Assembly (NCBI RefSeq): GCF_001186125.1
Contig: NW_014040186.1
Coordinates: forward strand, 12,988 to 54,566
Direction: 5' to 3'
Source: Sphaeroforma arctica JP610
Taxonomy: Eukaryota
Length of the DNA stretch: 41,579 bases
The position numbers and the translations under genes are program-made. The notes beneath the pieces are model-generated. The model was not told the DNA's origin and searched no databases. It saw only the letters and a list, made by a program, of their open reading frames with translations. Position 1 is the stretch's first letter. Each line of letters begins with the position of its first letter. Shown in pieces: positions 23,500 through 35,081 of this stretch.

Positions 23500-24787
23500 T
23501 AGCGATAGAGTTGATGGCAGCATCATCCTCAACAGCTTGTATGTTGTAGATCTTGTGAGCCGTCATATAGCCTTGGATTGCAGCGTCCGAGATTCCACAT
23601 TTGTGGCAAATGTGCTTTCCGTTACAGCGTGCACAAGTGTACTTAACGGATACCTCAGGGGGGTAGTTACTTGCTTGAAAAATTCTTCAATCATTTTCTC
23701 GCGATTTTGAGGGCAGTCGCAACGATGACGAGGTTTGAGACATCTAAAGCAAAAGATAGTTTCATTTTCAGAACGAGGGCGTTTGGAAATCGAATGAGTC
23801 TCAGCATCAGGAGCAGAGCATTTGAGGCTTTTACACTGCTCCGTAAAGTTTTGCTGATGCTCCGTGCAATAAAATGTTGATCGTGATGTGGACTCTCCGT
23901 TTTTGCGTTTTAGCATAAAACAGTCCTCAGAGTTGTGAGAACGTTCGGTCCGTATTAGAAGCAATTTTTATACTTGATAAAATTACCTCCTCTAACATGA
24001 CCGACAACGGCGTCCGGGGCTGCTGGGATTGAATTCGGAAAGCGGTCACAATAGGCTTGTGCCTTCTCGATATCTGCCATCAGCATATCAGGCATGACTT
24101 CCAGGGCCCAACTGTAAAATATATCGTAGTCTCGGTCCCATTCGAGTGCAATCAGACATTTACGTCTGTCGCTGAAAAACTTGTGGACAGTTTGTCCTTT
24201 AGTGAATCTTGGTTTCTTTCGTAGACTAATTTCGAAGGTTCGTTTTTGGGCTGGAGTAATCTAAAACTTCAGACACAGCGCCACTGCGCATACTAGGGCT
24301 GGAATAATCGTATGCCCATACTTCTTGATGGAGTAGATTAATGAGCTCATCATCATCAATCAACCCCCGAGCGGAGTCCCGAAAAATTGGAAAGAGTTCG
24401 CACAGCTGAGTGCGACATATTGGTTCTGGGCTGGTAGAAGTAACCAGCGAAGATAGAGGACACATGTTTCAAGAATTTTTTGAAATCGAAAGGCTCGCTG
24501 TCCGCAGGTATCTGTAGATTACCGAATTTCAGGGCGTAGTCTGAGGCTCGCGGGTGAGCAAAATATTTCATCTTGTAGTCCTTGTTGGATAAAGCTTCGA
24601 CGTGCTCCGGGAAATAGTCTTGAAGCGCCTTCCAAACCCAGGGTCGAATCTTCGGATCAACTTCGATGAGCAACTTCTGATTTGGATCATTTGGATCATA
24701 ATGTCAAGCAACATATGCCGGGTTGACTGATAAAGTTCTAATTTCAGTATCAAATAGATCCAAAGGATGACCTGAACTATTGTCCAT
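23500..24787 (-). pseudogene. Gag of element A, with several Cys/His knuckle-like motifs
   Basis: ATG at 24787 lies inside the 5' LTR and is in frame with ORF 24356-24673. Downstream fragments include SHNSEDCF, FYCTEHQQNFTEQC and FCFRCLKPRHRCDCP. Confidence 0.7.
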
Positions 24788-25332
24788 CTTGACCAAGTCA
24801 GTTTTGCAGATTACGGGAATTGTAGAATTTCTTGATTCAAATTGTGGGTGTTCAATATTTGGAAATGAAAGGGTGAAGTCTCAGCAGTTGAGCTCCATCC
24901 TTATGAATACAACAGTCTAGATCACCTCGAATTTGCACCGCTGACGTATTTGTAAAACAGGAAAAGGATAAAGCACCTCAAAAAAATATCAAGGCGACTA
25001 ATGAGGTTCACATAATTTTTACGTGAAAACACAACTGGCTGTACATTTACACATTTGTGCAAATATGGCAAAGTTGTGCCAATAGGTTTTTAGCGTAGTG
25101 CTTTACTGTATATTGCCTTGTAGTCTTAAGTGTAACGAGGCCATGTATTTTACGAATACTCGGAGTAATACAATTGCGAGGAATTTCTATAATGACATTC
25201 CAAGCGCAAAGTAGGAACCTCAGTGGAACCTGGTATTTTTGTACTACGATTTCTATCGTTAGTATTATATATAGTCGTATATTTAACGTAGATGTACTTG
25301 TAATCTAGTACATGTATTTTCAAGCCATGGCA
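24702..25332 (-). repeat. 5' LTR of element A
   Basis: tgtcaagcaacatatgccggg...ttcaagccatggca, followed by CTAAC. Confidence 0.9.
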
Positions 25333-26230
25333 CTAACCCATAGTAAAAAATTATGCCGGGCCTGGCATCAATAGTTCTTTATCACGTCCTGGGCAGCACG
25401 ATTCGTTTGGGGCAGATGATCAAATAATAGATATCTTTTAGTCAGTGGCCTTTTTTTTTCCAGGTTGATACTTTCAACCGATAATGCATTTTGTGTATAT
25501 GTGCGGTCAGCGCAAACCAACGATGCCAGCCACTATAATAGCTCCTTTATCATGCTGAAAATTAAAAAAAAGTGAGAAAATACAATGTGCTTCGGGTTTC
25601 TTATTCCTTTTTTGTAGGCGATAGTGGTTTTTCTCTTTTTGAGAGAAAACGATAAGATTTTACTGCAAAACCCCCCTCCCCAGATTTATTGAAATCATTA
25701 AGTATAGGGATAATATTATTTATCTCTCACTCCGGAGAGCTCAGAAAGTTTCTCAACTCACGTCCGAGAGCTGGTTTAGTTTCTCAATAAACTTTTGGGC
25801 TCCGGTTACGATAAAGTAACCATGCCAAGGAGTGCAGCCGGACAGCGACAAAATCTATGCATTTCGAGACCTGAGGAAAGTCCCAATGACCTGTCCAAAA
25901 ATCAAATAAGAAAATCCCATGCAATTTTGTTCTGTTCCTAGTATAGATTTTCTGCATGTTACATGTCGTTTGTGCCGTCGGGCTGCTGTCAACCGATGGT
26001 TCCAAGGAAACCTTGCCGAGTCTTTTTGATTAAATAAGTTCTAATCCATAGTAAAAGATTCTGTCGGGTCTGGCATCAATATTTCTTTATCTCGACCTGG
26101 GCAGCACGATTCGTTTGTGGCAGATGAGTGAATTATAGTTATCTGTTAATCAGTGACCTTAATCAGTAACCTTTTTTTCCAGGTTAATATTGTCAGCCCA
26201 TAATGTACTTTGTGTATATGCGCGGTCCTC
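25333..26230 (-). repeat. Further family F fragments (25333-25525 and 25920-26228)
   Basis: Both align with 13490-13800. The minus strand reads HRLTAARRHKRHVTCRKSILGTEQNC. Confidence 0.7.
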
Positions 26231-26372
26231 ACTTCCGAGCTGGTTTAGATTCTTAATAAACTTTTGGGCTCCGATTACGATAAAGTAACCAAGCCAAGGA
26301 GTGCAGCCGAACAGCGACAAAAGCTGTGCATTTCGAGACCCGAGAAAAAGTCCCAATGGCCCGTCCAAAAAT
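25764..26372. repeat. ~135-bp diverged direct repeats (25764-25902 and 26234-26372)
   Basis: gagctggtttag...aataaacttttgggctccg...gccaaggagtgcagccg...gtccaaaaa occurs twice. Confidence 0.85.
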
Positions 26373-28541
26373 AAAATCAAAAATGAAAACACGCGACGCA
26401 GAAGGGAGAGCTTACACTAAGCATCCAGAGCGCTAACAGTTACTATATGCCCCCTCCCCCCCCCCCCCCCCTCCTCCCTGCGCGTCGGACACCAGCGCTA
26501 GCTGTATAAAACAAGTATAGACGAAGGAACCACGTAATATTTCCACTGGGGATGCTCAATCTGCCCGATCTCCAATGTACATATTGGCTTTGTTCCCACC
26601 GGTAAAGGTTTGGACAGCGACGTGTTCTTGCAGACGCTTGATTTGAGACAAGTGCTGCTATATGTCATATAGATTTGGGGGTTTCAACTGTAGTGAGCTG
26701 TTGAACAAACATCAGCTCAATCAAGAAAAATATTGTGGGATGATATCAACAGAGATTGTTGTAGTTTCCATAAACAACATATTCCTGGCCGCGTCGAGAG
26801 TGCGATGGATACTGCTTTACTACTCTAATATTTTTAACATACATTCGCCTTATATCGCTGAGTATCGAGTCCGAGATTATTCAACCAGTCTGCATACTGG
26901 ACAACACTATAAACATTTATCAGAACCCCAAACTTAAAATGATAATTTCATGGTATGGTGGGGTTTACGCACGGAGTGAGTAGAACGCGAATAGACACAC
27001 AACTGTTGTTAATATCGCATACAAATATACCAGTTTTGGATTACAAGCTCTTTTGTGCACAGTTTCATAACGTTAAGATTATCGGGGACCACCTCGGCAT
27101 TGCCTCACTACAATAAATTAGTAAAAAGGAATCCTCGTAGTAGTTTGTTTTACTTTATACTTATGGTCAAACAGTCATCGGTAAGTATTACGCATGCCAC
27201 GGAATATTATCATCAACACTGAAAAAGAAATAATTTAGTTGAAATACATGTGGTTCCATCATTGGGGGTAGTCCTAAATGGCTCGACTGGTGTGCTTCAA
27301 ATCACGATCGTATTTCATAGTTAATGCCGCTCTCGTATTCATTATCTTTTAGTACCCATTCATCCAGAACCATTCTAACTTCCAGTCACAGACACTCAGG
27401 CAGATAGATACACATTTTAGTCGAAACACAGTAGACAACCTGAACATCATTTCTTTCAATAAAATCAGACAGGCACGGGGATAGCCGAATAGTTCGGTGT
27501 TCTGTCCGTCTACGTCGTTTTGTCAGGCTATTTGTGACTGTTCACAGGCCCGACAATTCTGCGTAACGTAAAGCAAACATAATTGACGAACGGGGCTTGA
27601 GTTTTACTACTTATAGTTTGGAAATGAGGCTATCAAGTCACAGAGAGTTGCCTGCTTTGTTTATTTGTGCTATATCTTAAATTCTTGCGTATTGAACTAT
27701 TGTGCGACTGGCATATTGAATTGTGCGGGTGCTGATGTGGTGATGCTCTCGGTTCATTCGAACTACCACAGATGGGATCTACTGACAACTCACCACCCAC
27801 CTCCCACTGACTACACAGGTAGTGCAGAAAGATATAACAGACTTGGGATGTATCAATAATCGCTTCCACAGGGATTTGATTACAGCACAGCTGGCTTGCT
27901 GCGCCTGAAAGACCCTGCGAAAAAATTGGTTTGCAACCGTGCCGATTTCTCCTAATATCTACCCAGCCGATCCAAACGTTGATGGAGAAGGTCAACACTA
28001 TCAATACGAAAAACAAGAGTTTAACCAGTCAAGCAATGTGAGACTAATCCAAGGGATTCTTCTAAGATTATACAAGTATTGAGATTGTGCTTCCTCATCT
28101 TCTGCACAGATGCCGTTTTTTGACAGAGTAGGCAAACTGGCGAAGCTAAATTGTCAACCGATACATAATACATTAGTATGAAACGATTCATCATTTTGGG
28201 AATCATGTATAAAGGTCCGTGCTCTGGCTGATTTATGTCAAAGGCTAGACTGTGTACGTGACATTGTGAGCTAAATTGGGCTTCAAGTAGAAAAAAAAAT
28301 ACAATTTGAATCGCGGCGGTTGCATCTCGCTCCATAATTACGACAGAAATGCTGTCATATCGTATAATTATATTTTTTTTTTGATGCGAGACACTAACAG
28401 AAGTATCAATATTCTCCCAGCTGAAGGGTGTAGATATACCCAGATGACCATGTATCTTCAACTAAGCGTTCAGGCCAAAAGGACAAAAACAAACAACACA
28501 TATATTGTGAAGGATCCTACCAGGTGTGTTTAATCTATTTA

Positions 28542-31500
28542 TTATAAATATTTACCGGATTTCTTCCCTTGGAAGGTGGATCTTTTAGGGAGCCCTGTAT
28601 ATGGCCTTAAGCTCGAGGGCGTAGCCATACTAGTCGTTCTCCCCAGAACCCCCCTTAATTGGACATCATTTTCAGTTCTGACTACTGACCTAGAATCGTC
28701 TCGCGCGTCACTTTGCCGCCTATTCCGCAACTCTCTTATAGATCCTTGATTAGGAGCGTATCCAGCCCTGCGGCCATACACTGGCATGTCCACAACCGAA
28801 TCTCCCATGTTACTTCTGCTTTCAGAAGCGGCACCACTCAATCCTCTATAAAACACACTACCGGTAGCGTCCGACTGACCTGTCGCACTTCCCGAACTGT
28901 GGTAGTCTATATTGCCATCGGCCTCTGCCTCCGCTTCGTTTAGAGTTTCTCTTCTTTTCAGGTCCATAACTTTCTGTCGTAAGGATGTAGTGATAAAATT
29001 GGAATACTGCTGTTGTAGTGGCGGTGGACGTTGTCGTATTTGCTGTTGTAGCTGTGGCTGTGATTGTGATAGTGATTGTGATAGTGGTCGCGGCTGCTCA
29101 TGTGTTCGCAGTTTACTTTCATCGTCTCCATCCGCATAAGACTGTGCCGGGGGGTGTGCGGTCTCATCAATCAATCCACTGGTACCGGATTGCATCGAGG
29201 CATCCGCAGATCCCCGCGATGAGCGGTTGTAGGTCTGAAGTATGCTTGCAAGGTATGACGTTTGCGTGTCACGTGCGGGCCGCTGCGTGAACACGGGCGA
29301 TGGCGGCGGCAAAGATTCAACATCTAGTAGACCATTCGTTTTGCTGTCTTTTTGACTACTTTGCACTCGTTGTAAACTGCCCTGCTCCTGAGTTTGGACC
29401 TGTGCGCGCGTCTGTGGTTGTGCTGAGACACCATGTGCACCCTCCGATAAGCGAGGGATGTCACTGCTCTCGACCGCTTCCGGGCCAGGATGGCCTCTCG
29501 ATTCTGCACAAAAGAAATGAGATATACATTCAATGCGTAGAAGAATGTGGCAAGATATCTCGCAATATCGGATAGATAAAGTAGGGAGATATATATCTGA
29601 CTCAGATCAAATATAGAACGGGCGAGATGGAAGACTATGATATCGTGGAAACAGAAAAACAGGCTACCAACTGGCACATATATTTCAACAACACTCCAAA
29701 GACTCCAATTGCAAAAGATCTTCAATGAGCCCTCGTACCTAGATCCTTGATTTCTTGTTCTATGCCGGTCTGCCTCATTCGCGCACTCTCTTGTTGTTGC
29801 CTCAAGAGTTCTTGTTCGTACCTGAGCTTGGACAGGTTTGTGTAGCTCACTTCCCGTACAATAGGAAGGGGTTCGTCGTTTGCAGTCCCACTACCGGAGC
29901 TGCTGCGCTTGGAAAGTGGCTCGGCTGGCCCCTTGCCACTGTCTGGCAATACGGCCTGTGAAGCGTGGCATTGCAGGATAAATCGCAATGCAGGGTTTAG
30001 TACAGAAACGATGCCATGTCCAGAAAATATGCTACCACTTGAGACTAACAATGTCTCAATAAATTGATACAAGAACGCCTTTATAATAAAACGAGATGCC
30101 TTCACTCCTCTCGTTGTACATGGCGTATACAAGCCTAAAAAAAAACCACAAAAAAAAGCACTGCTCTAAGGGAGAATCTCGCGGCACGGTTTAAAAAAAA
30201 AACAAACGCACCCATGGACAGAAGATAGCACACCCAGGCAATGCGTGGGTCAACTCCACTGCATGTGGCACAACACTAATGCTCAACGCGTTCTACAGTA
30301 ACGGGAGATACCTGCGGATATCTGGTTCTCCGATCTGCTTCGTGTTGCATTACGAGAGCCTGGACGTCGTCTTCAGAGGTCGCTCTGCGCCACCGCATCA
30401 TATCTCGCATACCACCCTCATCGACTAACACCTCTGTTTCAGCATCCACACTCCCAGTGGGCAAAGAATGCTGTTTCTGGAAGTTTGCCGTCAGAACCGT
30501 TTGTCTGTGCGAGATGTGTTATATACATCTTTAGCTTATAAGTGTAAGTGCGACATATATACAGCTTATATGTATGTATGTGTTAAATACATCTTCACGT
30601 TAGTCACGAGCATCAAGGGAAGTGGTGTGATACTGAAAGTCAAGGCTTTTACAGATGCAAATATACAACACACGGGTGTGAGGCACTGCTAAATTTCACG
30701 ATCTAGCCTGGAACTAACCATGCTGCACAAAACACATGTGCGCACAACTAGAAAACTCTGCAAGGATAAATATATACCTGCATATCATACCTTAACGTAG
30801 ACACCTGGGCCGTACCCATCTGCTGCATATCCGAGACAGTTCCCGGCAACGCATCGATCTCGGTGGGCATAGGCATTGCCAGATTAGAGCCGCTATTGCT
30901 CGCCCTATCGTGTGTTGGCTGTGACATTGCACGGCTATACACGCTCGTGTCATCTGGCATGTGTATGTTTGTGTTCTGGTTCCAGGCCCGCAGATGCTCT
31001 TGGCTGATCTCGTCGATGGTTTCCTGACCAATGCCAAGGCTCGCGTCGGAGGTTATTGTGCCACGCCTGCAACGAAAGTCACGGGGGTGTGCAGATACGG
31101 CAACACAACAAACAGAATAGTATGTGAGTATGTGTGCATGTGATAGTCTCTGCTACTATTTAAAGCCGCTTTTGTACACCGGTATCAGCACGCCACGGGC
31201 TGGTGCTATTAAAAGAGCTGCGTTGTGCCCCATGTCCACTGTTACCACCCACCTTGTACAACTCACAATTCCAGTCATTGAATCTTTCGATTCTTCATAA
31301 GTATGCAATTTTTTTTTCAACACCCCCTCACTAACTCTAGGCTTGTCACTCTGCATGAGCCCGGGAGATTGGCTTTCTTCCATACCTTTCTGGAAGCATA
31401 TGGCTGGCCATACTCGCGAGTCTATACGACTGCTGCTTATCTCCCTCCATGGTGGTAACGATGGAACTGAGCCGTCTCATGCGTCGGTCGTAGGGACGAG

Positions 31501-34500
31501 AGGTCATGCGTACGTACATATTGGCACGATTGTCCTCTGATATCTGTGATAAACAAGTCGTCAGTATATGTTACGGCACGGGTGGGCATGGCACAGGTGT
31601 GTCGAACACTTGTTGTCTGCTTGTAACTACCGGTCTTTCTCGAAGGGCTTGTCCGCACGCGTAACAGGTTTATGGTGGGTGTACACAGCACACCGACACC
31701 ACACCCAGATTGAACACACACTCTCGCATTGACCGTGTACTTCTACCATCTCATTGGATGTTGGTCTGCTTACCCGTTTCTTGAGCGATTCCTTGGCCAG
31801 CTGTTCCCTGATGTCTTTGATTGACCGTAATCGCACCGACACGTGTAGCTCACCGGCACGGTCATCCGTTTTATCCCCCTGCAACGCGAGTGCATGGTAC
31901 GTATACGGTGGCTTAGACATTCGATATATAGGGTTTCAGGTGTGTGCCATTTCTGTTTCCTTTCATAGTCGGAACAGCGAGCATAGACGCTCGACTGAAC
32001 CTACCCCTCATCTCGCACTATATAATGACCGAAACTGCACTTAGAACAATCTCAGGTTTGTGTAGTAGGCACTCGACAGTATTCAATCTTTTGATCACGA
32101 GTAGTAGGGACCGGATGGCCCTGCTTGAGAACCCATGCCGATTCCAAAACAACCAATCTATTGAATAACTAGCGAAGGACCGATTCACTTACACTCAACA
32201 TCAGCCAGCCCTCATAGTCCACGCTGATGTCTGTACCCGATGCCAGGAGTTCTTGATCGCAATACATGCGCACACGTCGTTGCCTCTCCCTGTCTTTGTC
32301 CGTGTCATCCTTCATCATGAAAAAATAGTAAAATTAGACAAACGCATAAATGCAAGCACTTGCAATATAGACCTTGTCAACTGCACCTTAAAAAGAAACA
32401 CACAAACTCATTTCATGCAGAAGGTCTCTTATCGATTCGCTCAAGGTATCAGACTGGGTGCGCGTAGGCTTGTAAGATCGAACAATAGAGAATACTGCTA
32501 GTACGTACAACCTATCGACACACACACACGCGCGTACAAGCAAATACACTTGCACACACATACACGCACATAATTACACATAATTGCACACGCACACATA
32601 CACACTTACACACACACACGCACACATACATATGTATATACACACACACACACGCGTGCTTACTACACGCAGCAGCACAGTCAAATAGCGAAAGACCGTA
32701 CCTTTTCTGCCGTATCCACTCCATTGCTGTCCTTCTCTGATGCATCTGTCAGTTGCCCCTCGCTTCATATACGCAAGGCAATGGTATGTGTAGGACAGGT
32801 TGTGAGCGAGTGAGATACATGCATGGTTTCAGTTCAGCAAGCTCACAAGTATACACCCTTGATGGCATATTTGCGTCAGCATCTGACCTTGAAAGGGCAA
32901 CAACCGACCTGCACGCAAGCCAGCGAGATGTGCAATTCGAAGACTATTATTGAGCGCAAAACAAAATCTTCAAACGAACTCGCGTAGATATATTCACTGA
33001 CACTGAATTCGGATTGAGACTCACTTTGCCAAGTGCACAGAGCTGCCGAAGGATGTCGATGTCAGACTGACCCTGGCATCGACCTTGTCACTATCCCACT
33101 CAAACCGCACGGTGGCACTTGCAATGTTCCCGTTTTGCCCAAAGCGCGTATAGTTTCTGACTCTCATCTGTGCACATGCAAAATAGAATTAAAAGTATAT
33201 TTACAAGGTGTAGGCTCATGTACATGTTATTCATCATATGTATTAACCCCCCCCCCCCCCCCCAAAAAAAAAAAACTGGTTGATGTTATATAACATAATG
33301 TAATGTTTTTTTTCGGCTATCCACCACTCGTTTACAGCATTCGATTTCACAAGGGCTACAACAGTCGCGTCGTGATGCACAGATCGGATACAACTCTCAA
33401 GCCTTGTCTGTGTGTCATGTGGTCCACAATCCACTGAACAGGCAGACATGCCCAATCCATCAGATAAAGAGACCGCCACAGTCACGGCCGATGCGATTGC
33501 TTACCAAACGAGAGTTGAGAGTACAACACACACACACACAGACACAGACACAGACACAGACACACCTCGAACTCTTGACCATTGCCGCTGTTGTCCATTG
33601 GCAGTATGAACGCCTCATCCCACACCGGGTGGAGGGTTTCGATTTTTGTGCTGGACCTTAAGACGGTGGGAAACGAGGGGAGGGCACACTGTGAGTGGAG
33701 CCATGTTTGGGAACATTTGCTGTAGCTATGCTTCAGTGTCTGAGGTATATCATCCACGCAATGCTGCACGCATAGAGTATCAAAATGCCACAGAAGGAGA
33801 GGTGTGGCTTATAGTTTGGCGATGGAACTGTACCGAAATGAACCGAAACGAGACATGTGTTCGCAGCGATCGAATCGTACGCAAACACTGGCCTATGACA
33901 CCGCAATGTAAGCTCCCATGCGCCTACTTCACACACTGGGGCAAGATCGCACCGGCAAGACTAGACACCCTGAAGACCTTGCCGAAATGGTTGGTAGCCT
34001 TGTTGTTAGCCTCGTCCTAAATGTTTGCGACATTTTTGAGCGGAAATTGCTAATCTCATTCTATTTCGTCACACCAAGCTCTCATACTATTTCATCACAC
34101 CAAGGGCGTGCGCGAGCGTGAGTGTACCTGGCCACAGTCTTTCCGTTCTGCATACAATCCACGAAGGGATTCCAGATGTCCTCTTCAATCGGCGGCTCAG
34201 GCAGTTTCTGCGCCTCCCTGATCATGACCATCACAAACATATCGCCCCCTTTCCCATCTTCCGGTAGTTGCATCTATACGAACATGTGTGTGCATGAGAA
34301 CAGTGCCTGTGCTCGCCAATGAAAAAGGTCTGAGCCCGGTTGCCACGCCTGCGTATTGACTTCCCCTAAACCCCACCCCCAAAACCCTAAGACACCCCTT
34401 CGTATTGGTCTGGTATGTTGTGCATACAGCCGATAGTACCGAACTCTCCCACACCACCGAGCGAATACCTACGCAAACAAACGGCGCATTCACAAGTGCT

Positions 34501-34632
34501 CGTGTAGTGCAAGACAATGGGTGGGCCATGACATACCGCGATGTAGTCGGGGTCGAAGAGAACGTCCTCATGGACATTGTTGATGGGGCCTTTGTAGATG
34601 GGCACCTTGAACACCCCCCCCACTCGCAGTAT
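28542..34632 (-). CDS. C2-domain-like exons and long Ser/Gln-rich low-complexity tail; probable continuation of the ThrE gene
   Basis: MFVMVMIREAQKLP...WNPFVDC, STKIETLHPVWDEAF and MRVRNYTRFGQNGNIA form a C2-like unit; YHALALQG...AGELHVSVRL resembles the end of a second. The terminal ORF is 28542-29366. Several intervening exons are unresolved. Confidence 0.6.
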
Positions 34633-34932
34633 CTGGTACGTTGGAGTATAAAGCAGGGGAGTTGTAGTATGCCGGTAGGTGACGGGCTTGTGGGTGTTGG
34701 GGCTACGCTAGGCTATGCAGTAGGCTAGGAATACATAGTGTCAGGCGCATTTCGAACTAAACGAGAGAGGTGTACAAGGCCATCTTGAAATTAAACAACA
34801 ATGCGATTGCACATATTTCTCATTCTGAATAGCTCAGGTACCAGGAGTCCGATAGTGGGCATGAGTCGACACACATCAAAACTACAAAAGTGCTCTATAC
34901 ATATATGATAGATGCAACGCCCAGGGACTACA

Positions 34933-34937
34933 CATAC

Positions 34938-34982
<45 letters not shown>

Positions 34983-35002
34983 TACATATATATATATACA
35001 TA

Positions 35003-35038
<36 letters not shown>
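34933..35038. repeat. (TA)n microsatellite, intronic
   Basis: Seen directly. Another lies at 40188-40310, next to the N gap at 40100-40187. Confidence 0.95.
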
Positions 35039-35041
<3 letters not shown>

Positions 35042-35081
35042 AATGTGCGTGTAAATGTGAGCGCACAGACATACGACATAC

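Larger units (their letters stand above)
15049..25332 (-). mobile_element. LTR retrotransposon A (probably Ty3/Gypsy), internally deleted and interrupted
   Basis: Two LTRs with TG...CA ends. The 5-bp target-site duplication CTAAC lies at 15044-15048 and 25333-25337, and the interrupted family F sequence (aagttCTAACccatagtaaa in other copies) resumes after it. Order is gag, protease, RT start. Confidence 0.9.

Noticed and set aside
26400..28500. Short ORFs as genes
   Set aside because: No recognisable domains or consistent exon chain; probably intergenic or 3' flanking DNA.
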